A stretch of DNA of 20,221 bases from Candidatus Achromatium palustre (GTDB lineage: Bacteria; Pseudomonadota; Gammaproteobacteria; Chromatiales; Chromatiaceae), in NCBI GenBank assembly GCA_001044195.1, contig LFCU01000241.1, positions 1 through 20,221 on the forward strand. The letters are read 5' to 3'. Within the stretch, counting starts at the first letter, position 1. The number at the start of each line of letters is the position of its first letter. The notes below the pieces were generated by a model. It was not told where the DNA came from and made no database searches. It was given only the letters and a program-made list of their open reading frames with translations. This document shows, in pieces, positions 8,280 through 15,133 of the stretch. Position numbers and translations under genes: made by a program.

Positions 8280-8954
8280 TTAATTAACTAACTGAGTTCC
8301 AGGAATCTCACTTATGGGTCGTTTTTCTGAAATTTCTACTGTCAATGTCCTTAAATTTTTAAAAAAGCCACTGATAGTAGCTTGATCTTTCAGTCTAACA
8401 ATGTGCGATTTTTCTCTACCCTTATGGTAAAAGGCAGTTAAAACCGAATCGTTTATATCATCACCGGCTCCAGCAATTACTCTAATTCCAGCGACTCTAC
8501 CTGATGGTCTAGTGCCTATAAGAGGATTTTCATTCATAAGCTGTAATTGATCTTTCCAAGCTTGTTCGGAGCAATTAGGGTTACCATCGGTGATAAATAC
8601 AAATAATGGTTCTTTGCCTTTTTTTAATTCGTTTTTATTACGTTCTACTAATGCTAATACTTCTGCTAAACCTGCATCAAGGTTTGTGTATCCTGCTCCC
8701 ACTTCAATTTGAGGAATATCTATAGAGCCAATAGGTTGATGTTCAATGATAGTCTCAGCAATATCGCTAAAAGTTATCACCGATATAAAGACAGAATCAC
8801 GGGTATCTTCATTGCTTTGCAATTCTTCGATGTAATCACGAATGCCATTATTAGCCTGTTGTATACCAACTGGCTCCATACTATAAGATACGTCTACTAA
8901 CAATATAATGGGTATGGGTTTACGTGCAGTTGCACCATCTGGTATTTCAATCAT
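8280..8954 (-). CDS. TerY-like von Willebrand factor A domain protein (224 aa) with a MIDAS motif. It is the first gene of the operon.
   Basis: The MIDAS motif DxSxS is present as ILLVDVSYSM, with downstream FITDG. An AGGAA ribosome-binding site lies about 10 nt upstream of the ATG. An 876-bp AT-rich non-coding region lies upstream. Confidence 0.85.
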   Translation of the reverse strand: MIEIPDGATARKPIPIILLVDVSYSMEPVGIQQANNGIRDYIEELQSNEDTRDSVFISVITFSDIAETIIEHQPIGSIDIPQIEVGAGYTNLDAGLAEVLALVERNKNELKKGKEPLFVFITDGNPNCSEQAWKDQLQLMNENPLIGTRPSGRVAGIRVIAGAGDDINDSVLTAFYHKGREKSHIVRLKDQATISGFFKNLRTLTVEISEKRPISEIPGTQLVN

Positions 8955-9011
8955 GCTTTATTTATTCCTAATATATTACGACAAATAGTGGATTTCATTT
9001 TGTTTCTACTT

Positions 9012-9041
9012 ATTCTACATATTAATAGGCACAAAGATCAA
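9012..9041 (-). promoter_or_regulatory. Candidate sigma70-type promoter for the TerY-P/ZorAB-like operon (TTGATC-N18-TAGAAT on the minus strand)
   Basis: A -35-like TTGATC (reverse complement at 9036-9041) and a -10-like TAGAAT (reverse complement at 9012-9017) are separated by an 18-nt spacer, about 60 nt upstream of the vWA start codon. This was found by eye only. Confidence 0.25.
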
Positions 9042-9101
9042 CTACTTTCCAATTGCACTATAAAGGTCAAATTGTATTTGACACTATCTATATCAATTTT
9101 A

Positions 9102-9130
9102 GGGCATCCTTCATTTCTCAGTGTACAATT
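9102..9130 (-). repeat. Copy of the dispersed bipartite X/Y motif (reverse complement: AATTGTACACTGAG-AAATGAAGGATGCC)
   Basis: Its X unit matches AAATGAAGGATGCC at 9539-9552, and its organisation matches 1881-1907 and 15189-15225. Confidence 0.5.
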
Positions 9131-9400
9131 TATAGATTGGTTATATTTTTAGCATTCTTTATCAATACCTCGATGCTCAAAAGTTAGAAAACGCTTATAT
9201 ACTTAGATATGTTGACATTACATATTTTAATTAGATTTTTACTTGATTAGCTCTACTCAATATTGTATACGTTCTATCCTGTAGAAGCCTTATAGCTTAA
9301 GTAATTAAAATATTACCTAATACTAACTTTTGAACATCAAGAATGCTGATGCGAATATCCTATTTCCAATTCAAAAAGTGGGCATCATTCACCAACACCC

Positions 9401-9433
9401 AAAAGTAGTTTACACTTTAAGAAGGATGACGAC
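9401..9433 (-). repeat. Y-unit (AAAGTGTAAACTACTTT, reverse complement) plus a degenerate X-like unit (GAAGGATGAC). It forms a 17-bp inverted repeat with 9556-9572.
   Basis: AAAGTAGTTTACACTTT at 9401-9417 is the exact reverse complement of AAAGTGTAAACTACTTT at 9556-9572. Confidence 0.5.
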
Positions 9434-9520
9434 AAGTAAAATAAATTTTTTCTTAACTTGAAACATCTGATATATAAACACTTTTTAGAAATAAAAAATA
9501 TTTTCAATTTTTAATGTCCT

Positions 9521-9597
9521 TAAAAAGTGTTAACCGACAAATGAAGGATGCCAAAAAGTGTAAACTACTTTGTAGACGGAAATAAAGAATGCCACGA
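9521..9597 (+). repeat. Cluster of X/Y motif units: a Y-like unit, X (CAAATGAAGGATGCC), Y (AAAAAGTGTAAACTACTTTG), then an X-like unit (AAATAAAGAATGCC)
   Basis: The units were read directly from the sequence. They sit in the 876-bp intergenic region between the vWA gene and the second SiaB-like gene. Confidence 0.5.
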
Positions 9598-9720
9598 TTA
9601 AAATTGGATATGATTTCTTCCCCAATTATAACTTTATGCTTATTAAACAGGGAGAGGTTTTTAAATAATATCTAATGTTACAAATTTAATTTGGAAAAGT
9701 AGAATTTCTTAACAGAACAA

Positions 9721-9786
9721 TATAATGCGCATTAAACTTGATATGCACCAACGGGATGATATCACATTACTTGGTGTACGTATTTA
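9721..9786 (+). pseudogene. Relic 3' end of a PP2C/SpoIIE phosphatase gene (encodes MRIKLDMHQRDDITLLGVRI-stop). It is an imperfect direct repeat of 1771-1847.
   Basis: It is about 85 percent nucleotide identical to the last roughly 25 codons of the phosphatase gene at 855-1847 (IRIQLEMHQQDELQRDDITLLGVRV-stop). It carries a 15-nt in-frame deletion flanked by CCAAC microhomology. The final 35 nt are 31/35 identical. Confidence 0.6.
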
Positions 9787-9831
9787 AATATAGATAAAGA
9801 TTACCATAAACTTAAAATAGAGACAAAAATT

Positions 9832-10386
9832 ATGGATAATTTCGATGTTTTCGAATTTTATCAATTTATGCAAAGACAAAATGTGATTCTATCCTTCAAG
9901 GGAGAAATGTCACAGCAAATACTGGTTAATATTGGTGATTTATTGAAAGAAAAATTAGCATCTGAAGATACGGAAAAACAGGTCACTAAAAAAGTATTCT
10001 TCATTTTCGTTGAATTGGCGCAAAATATTCACCGTTATTCCGCTGATCGAGGCATTGAAGATAAAAAACGAGCAGGTACAGGTGTGTTATTTGTTAAAGA
10101 ATCTGCCAATTATTTCACAATTTTTGCTGGCAATAGAGTTGCTCCTCTGGAAGCAAAAGTGACCACCGAGCAATGTTTGGCAATTAGCCGATTAACGCCA
10201 AATGAACTGAAGCTATATTATAAAGAACAACTAAAACAACCGCGTGAAGATGAAACCTCTGGTGCTGCTGGTCTTGGACTTATTAGTATCGTCCGTAAAG
10301 CCGAAAACCCAATTGTTGCGTATACTATAGACATTGATACCAATGAAACTTTTTTGGTACTATCAGTTCAAGTGAATAAGGAATAA
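9832..10386 (+). CDS. SiaB/DUF6272-like histidine-kinase-like ATPase (partner-switch Ser/Thr kinase, 184 aa)
   Basis: The sequence has a GHKL-type N-box-like stretch (ELAQNIHRY), a G1-like stretch (TGVLFV) and a G2-box (GAAGLGLI). It is followed 4 nt later by a SiaC-like gene. Confidence 0.8.
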   Translation: MDNFDVFEFYQFMQRQNVILSFKGEMSQQILVNIGDLLKEKLASEDTEKQVTKKVFFIFVELAQNIHRYSADRGIEDKKRAGTGVLFVKESANYFTIFAGNRVAPLEAKVTTEQCLAISRLTPNELKLYYKEQLKQPREDETSGAAGLGLISIVRKAENPIVAYTIDIDTNETFLVLSVQVNKE

Positions 10387-10390
10387 ACCA

Positions 10391-10780
10391 ATGCAAGATC
10401 TAAAGATTGTTGGCACAAAAGATACATTAACCGTAAATTTTATAGTAGAATCTGGTATCTTGACATTGAAAGGAGCCTCTTATCCAGAAAATCCTGTTAA
10501 TTTTTTTGATCCGCTCTATACATGGATTACAACATATACACAAGAAATCCATAATACATTAACCGTGAATATGACGATTAATTATGTGAATACTAGTTCA
10601 TCTAAATGCTTACTTGATTTTTTAGAATTACTGGAAAATTATCATAATTCAGGCGGAAAGATTACGCTTAATTGGTACTATGAAGAGGATGATGAAGACA
10701 TGTTAGAGTGTGGTGAAGAATTGTGCGAAGATCTAAAGCTGCCCTACTCAATGATTCCAATTGTTGGGAATCCTGAATAA
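10391..10780 (+). CDS. SiaC-like DUF1987 partner-switch phospho-protein (129 aa)
   Basis: It has the LKGASYPEN motif and an acidic C-terminus, and is paralogous to 341-730. Confidence 0.8.
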   Translation: MQDLKIVGTKDTLTVNFIVESGILTLKGASYPENPVNFFDPLYTWITTYTQEIHNTLTVNMTINYVNTSSSKCLLDFLELLENYHNSGGKITLNWYYEEDDEDMLECGEELCEDLKLPYSMIPIVGNPE

Positions 10781-10956
10781 TTCGTATTTTATAGGATTTA
10801 CGCACTGATAACATAATCTTCCCGTATTTTGATGTAACTGTTTATAAAAATATAGAAATATTGTAAATTTTTATTTATCAATGCATAAATCCGATATTAT
10901 ATCTACCCGAAACCGCAAATTTAGCGAGTTACGTTAAACGTAATTCTTCTTAGTAG

Positions 10957-10981
10957 TAGGGTGCGCAATGCGCACCCTACC
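10957..10981. terminator. Perfect palindromic hairpin (11-bp GC-rich stem GTAGGGTGCGC, loop AAT) between convergent genes. It may act as a bidirectional terminator or RNA-stability element.
   Basis: GTAGGGTGCGCAATGCGCACCCTAC is a perfect palindrome. It lies between the SiaC-like stop at 10780 and the caspase-Sel1 gene stop at 11245. No strong T-tract follows on either strand. Confidence 0.4.
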
Positions 10982-11074
10982 TGGATTAATTATTTAGGAT
11001 ACTACGATAATGAATACGGTGTGGTTGATTTGCGTCATTACCTAAACGACTTTGACGATCCTGTTCATAACCCA

Positions 11075-11218
11075 TAGGATGGGTAGAGCGAAGCGAAACC
11101 CATCAAATCCATCTCATAATCTATTACGCCCAAAGTTTTTTGTCATTACTTTGGATTGATGTAAAGGTTGCAAATATAATTTTTGAATGATGGGTTTCGC
11201 TTCGCTCTACCCATCCTA
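11075..11218. mobile_element. MITE-like element of about 144 bp, with 30-bp perfect terminal inverted repeats (TAGGATGGGTAGAGCGAAGCGAAACCCATC) and an 84-bp AT-rich core
   Basis: Positions 11075-11104 are the exact reverse complement of 11189-11218. The core has its own 7-bp stem (CCAAAGT...ACTTTGG) and no ORF. It lies 27 bp downstream of the caspase-Sel1 stop codon. Confidence 0.5.
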
Positions 11219-11244
11219 CCGTGCTATGCATTTTAAATGCCTAA

Positions 11245-14200
11245 TTATTGCTTTATAAGTTTTTCGAGTTTTTCTACCTCATTCTTTGCGTTAGTATGTC
11301 CCTGAGCAGCAGCCTTTTGGTACCACTTTAGAGCCTCTTTGTAATCTTGAGTGACTCCGTCGCCATTGTCATACATAACGCCAATATTGTATTGCGCATC
11401 AGCATCCCCTTGAGCAGCAGCCTTTTGATACCACTTTAGAGCCTCTTTGTAATCTTGAGGTACTCCTTGGCCATTGTCATACATAAATCCAATCTGTAAT
11501 TGTGCATTAGCATTCCCTCTAGCAGCGGCCTTTTGAAACCACTTTAGAGCTTCTTTGTAATCTTGAGATACGCCTTGGCCATTTGCATACATAAATCCAA
11601 TATAAATTTGAGCATCAGTATGTCCCTGAGCAGCAGCCTTTTGATACCACTTTAGAGCCTCTTTGTAGCTTTGATGGACTCCTTGACCATTGTAATACAT
11701 AAGACCAATATTGTATTGCGCACCAACATTCCCTTGAGCAGCGGCCTTGCGATACCAATTTAGAGCCTTTTTATAATCTTTAGGCACTCCTTGTCCATTT
11801 GCATACATAACACCAATATTGTATTGCGCATACGCATCACCTTGAGCAGCAGCTTTTTGAAACCATTTTAATGCTTGATTGTAATCTTGAGGTATACCCT
11901 TGCCACTAAGGTATATATCACCTATCCCATTTTGTGCATCGGCATTACCTTGATATGCGGCTTTATTCCACCACTCTAATGCATCCGCGTAGTTTTGATA
12001 TATTCCTTGGCCACTGTAGTACATAAAACCAATATTGTATTGCGCATCAGCATTCCCTTGAGCAGCGGCCTTGTGATACCACTTTAGTGCCTCTTTATAG
12101 TCTTGAGGTACGCCTTGACCGTTGTGATACATAACACCAATATTGTATTGCGCATTAACATACCCTTGAGCAGCGGCCTTTTGATACCACTTTAGAGCCT
12201 CTTTGTAATTTTGAGGTACTCCTTGGCCATTGTAATACATAAGACCAATATTGGATTGCGCACCAACATTCCCTTGAGCAGCAGCCTTTTGATACCACTT
12301 TAGAGCCTCTTTGTAATTTTGAGGTACTCCTTTACCAATGTTATACAGGGCACCAATATTGCTTTGTGCTTTAGCATTCCCTTGAGCAGCAGCCTTTTGG
12401 TACCACTTTAGAGCCTCTTTGTAATCTTGAGATACGCCTTGGCCATTTGCATACATAACACCTATCCCATTTTGTGCATCGGCATTACCTTGAGCAGCGG
12501 CCTTGTGATACCACTTTAGTGCCTCTTTATAGTCTTGAGGTACGCCTTGACCGTTGTGATACATAACACCAATATTGTATTGCGCATTAACATACCCTTG
12601 AGCAGCGGCCTTTTGATACCACTTTAGAGCCTCTTTGTAATTTTGAGGTACTCCTTGGCCATTGTAATACATAAGACCAATATTGGATTGCGCACCAACA
12701 TTCCCTTGAGCAGCGGCCTTGCTCCACAATTTGAATGCCTCTTTGTAGCTTTGAGGAACACCTTTACCCAAAGCGTACATCAATCCAATATTGCTTTGTG
12801 CTGTAGCATTCCCTTGAGCAGCGGCCTTGCGATACCAATTTAGAGCCTCTTTGTAATCTTGAGATACGCCTTGGCCATTTGCATACATAAATCCAATCTG
12901 TAATTGTACATTAGCATTCCCTTGAGCAACAGCCTTTTTATACCACTTTAGAGCCTCTTTGTAATTTTGAGGTACACCTTGGCCATTGTAATACAGCCCA
13001 CCAATATTGTATTGCGCACCAACATGCCCTTGAGCAGCAGCCTTTTGGTACCACTTTAGAGCCTCTTTGTAATTTTGAGGTACTCCTTGGCCATTGTGGT
13101 ACATCCAACCAATATTGTTTTGAGCAGATTTAAGTCCTTGAGCAGCAGCTTTGTGGAACCATTTCAAGGCTTTTTTGTAATTTTGAGTTACATTTTTGCC
13201 AAGATAATAAGTAATGCCAATATTAAATTGCGCATTAGCATATCCTTGAGCTGCTGCTTTATGAAACCATTTTAGAGCCTTCTTAGGATCTTTAGGTATA
13301 CCTTTACCATCACGATACATAACACCAATATTGTGTTGCGCCTCAACATGACCTTGAGCAGCAGCTTTGCGATACCAATTTAGAGCTTCTTTATAATCTT
13401 TAGATACACCTTGGCCATGGTGGTACATCCAGCCAACACCGACTTGCGCAATAGCATCACCTTGAGCAGCAGCTTTGTGGAACCATTTCAAGGCTTTTTT
13501 GTAATTTTGAGGTACACCTTGGCCATTGTAATACAGGCTACCAATATTGTATTGCGCACCAACATCTCCTTGAGCTGCTGCTTTATGAAACCATCTAAGA
13601 GCTTCTTTGTAGTCTTTGGTTACGCCTTCACCATTGCGGTACACCAGACCAATATTGTTTTGTGCTCTAGCATTTCCTTGGGCTGCTGCTTTGTGATACC
13701 ATTTAAGAGCTTCTTTGTAATCTTTGGCTACGCCTTCACCTGAACTATAAGCAATGCCGACAGCATTTTGTCCGTTACTATTATTTTGCGCAGCAGACAG
13801 ACGAAACCATTTCAATGCCTCTTTAGAATTCTGGGCTACGCCTAGCCCCATAGCATATATTTTACCAAGCTCATATTGAGCTTCAGCATCACCGTGAGCT
13901 GCTGCTTTGCGATATTTTTTTAGAGCCGCTGCTTGATCTTGGGGAGAACTTGAAGAATTATCCTCATGTTTCGGAGCCTCTAACTTTGCTAGTTTTAATT
14001 CCATACTCGCTGTTGTGGCCTTAAACTGTTGCTGCATCTGTTGCATACGTGATTCTAACTGCTGACGCTGTTGGCGTTCGGCAGCTAGTTGAGATTGTAA
14101 TCTAGCAACTTGCGGATTTTCTACAACTGGTGGGCTGGAGAGATACAGGGCATCTTCTAAAGAGGAAGAATCCCAAGGGATTTGAAAGCCTCTGGTCTCT

Positions 14201-15090
14201 TGCTTTACATCCTTACGTACCTTACGCAGAACAAACTGAATATCCCCTGGAGTATTGATATATTTGAGGAGATGCTTGGTAAAAGTACCATTACGACCAT
14301 GACCATCCTCAGCTACACTATTAGGACTCGTTGCATAGACTAATAGAGTATCCGATGGAGTATTCATCCTTGCCAAACCTGAACGCATTCTCCGGCCCTT
14401 GACACCACGGCTTAAAAATGGATTATTACGACAGGCATCTAAAAAAACTATTTTAGTTTTGGCCGCTTTAATCTTAATCAATAATTGACTGGCACGAATA
14501 GCTTGGCGTTCGATTTGATCTTCACGCTTAAAATACGCATCTACTGGTAATAGATAATTTTCGCCCTTGACCTGAACACCATGTCCTGAATAATAGACTA
14601 AAGCTATATCACCAGCCTGTAATTGCAGACCAAAATTATGGATCGCATCATCCATCTCTAACAACTTGGCATCTTTGAGCAATGCAACTTTAAAACCTAA
14701 ACCTTGCAAGGCATTGCTCATATCCTCGGCATCGTTAGCTGGATTTAATAATGGCGGTAAATCACTCGGCATGGCACTGTAGGCTGAATTACCGATTACC
14801 AGAGCCATACGGCGACTGGTAACTCTTCCTAATGCTTTAGTTTGGGTAGGTTTGGTAACAGGAGGCTTATTGGCTATAGCACCAGAATCACCAGTATTTC
14901 TGGTAGCTATTTTGGTAGCTATTGGAGTAGATTGTTTAGGCTTGCTAGCAACTATAGTACTAGGTTTTTTAGTATCTTTAGTAAACAGATTATTGTTGCA
15001 GCCAGTAATCAATAGAGTTAGGCCGATGCTACATAGCCATAATGGCCATGCAGACAACTGGAGAGTTTTAATTAGTTGTTTTAGAAACAT
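11245..15090 (-). CDS. Large lipoprotein (1281 aa) with four parts: signal peptide and lipobox, a caspase-like peptidase C14 domain, a coiled-coil, and about 25 Sel1-like repeats
   Basis: The N-terminus MFLKQ...LLITGCNNN ends in an LITGC lipobox. The caspase His/Cys dyad is present in YYSGHGVQ and VFLDACRNNPF. A Q/R-rich coiled-coil occupies about residues 320-390. A 36-aa Sel1 consensus (AQYNIGVMYxNGQGVPQDYKEALKWYQKAAAQGN) is repeated through to the C-terminus. Confidence 0.85.
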   Translation of the reverse strand: MFLKQLIKTLQLSAWPLWLCSIGLTLLITGCNNNLFTKDTKKPSTIVASKPKQSTPIATKIATRNTGDSGAIANKPPVTKPTQTKALGRVTSRRMALVIGNSAYSAMPSDLPPLLNPANDAEDMSNALQGLGFKVALLKDAKLLEMDDAIHNFGLQLQAGDIALVYYSGHGVQVKGENYLLPVDAYFKREDQIERQAIRASQLLIKIKAAKTKIVFLDACRNNPFLSRGVKGRRMRSGLARMNTPSDTLLVYATSPNSVAEDGHGRNGTFTKHLLKYINTPGDIQFVLRKVRKDVKQETRGFQIPWDSSSLEDALYLSSPPVVENPQVARLQSQLAAERQQRQQLESRMQQMQQQFKATTASMELKLAKLEAPKHEDNSSSSPQDQAAALKKYRKAAAHGDAEAQYELGKIYAMGLGVAQNSKEALKWFRLSAAQNNSNGQNAVGIAYSSGEGVAKDYKEALKWYHKAAAQGNARAQNNIGLVYRNGEGVTKDYKEALRWFHKAAAQGDVGAQYNIGSLYYNGQGVPQNYKKALKWFHKAAAQGDAIAQVGVGWMYHHGQGVSKDYKEALNWYRKAAAQGHVEAQHNIGVMYRDGKGIPKDPKKALKWFHKAAAQGYANAQFNIGITYYLGKNVTQNYKKALKWFHKAAAQGLKSAQNNIGWMYHNGQGVPQNYKEALKWYQKAAAQGHVGAQYNIGGLYYNGQGVPQNYKEALKWYKKAVAQGNANVQLQIGFMYANGQGVSQDYKEALNWYRKAAAQGNATAQSNIGLMYALGKGVPQSYKEAFKLWSKAAAQGNVGAQSNIGLMYYNGQGVPQNYKEALKWYQKAAAQGYVNAQYNIGVMYHNGQGVPQDYKEALKWYHKAAAQGNADAQNGIGVMYANGQGVSQDYKEALKWYQKAAAQGNAKAQSNIGALYNIGKGVPQNYKEALKWYQKAAAQGNVGAQSNIGLMYYNGQGVPQNYKEALKWYQKAAAQGYVNAQYNIGVMYHNGQGVPQDYKEALKWYHKAAAQGNADAQYNIGFMYYSGQGIYQNYADALEWWNKAAYQGNADAQNGIGDIYLSGKGIPQDYNQALKWFQKAAAQGDAYAQYNIGVMYANGQGVPKDYKKALNWYRKAAAQGNVGAQYNIGLMYYNGQGVHQSYKEALKWYQKAAAQGHTDAQIYIGFMYANGQGVSQDYKEALKWFQKAAARGNANAQLQIGFMYDNGQGVPQDYKEALKWYQKAAAQGDADAQYNIGVMYDNGDGVTQDYKEALKWYQKAAAQGHTNAKNEVEKLEKLIKQ
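11270..13910. repeat. 108-bp tandem DNA repeat of about 24 units encoding the Sel1 repeats, with higher-order near-identical 432-bp (4-unit) duplications
   Basis: For example, 12049-12290 is near-identical to 12481-12722 (offset 432). The protein shows a 4-repeat block duplicated almost verbatim (NVGAQSNIGLMYYNGQGVPQNYKEALKWYQKAAAQGYVNAQYNIGVMYHNGQGVPQDYKEALKWYHKAAAQGNADAQ occurs twice). Confidence 0.85.
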
Positions 15091-15133
15091 TATTAATCTT
15101 CTTTTGATAGTAAAATTTCTCTATAGATATAAA

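Noticed and set aside
9060-9260. TTGACA hexamers at about 9079 and about 9213 as promoters for the second SiaB-like gene
   Set aside because: No acceptable -10 element lies 16 to 18 nt downstream of either. Each is more than 600 bp from the siaB-like start codon.
12643-13743. Three plus-strand ORFs (66, 66 and 110 aa) antisense to the Sel1 repeat array
   Set aside because: They are repetitive low-complexity translations of the antisense strand of a 108-bp tandem repeat, and they re-use the same frame artefact in each repeat.
11270-13910. Whether the regular 108-bp repeat could be a CRISPR array
   Set aside because: The repeats are contiguous, with no unique spacers, and lie in-frame within a long ORF encoding 36-aa Sel1 repeats. 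There are no cas genes.
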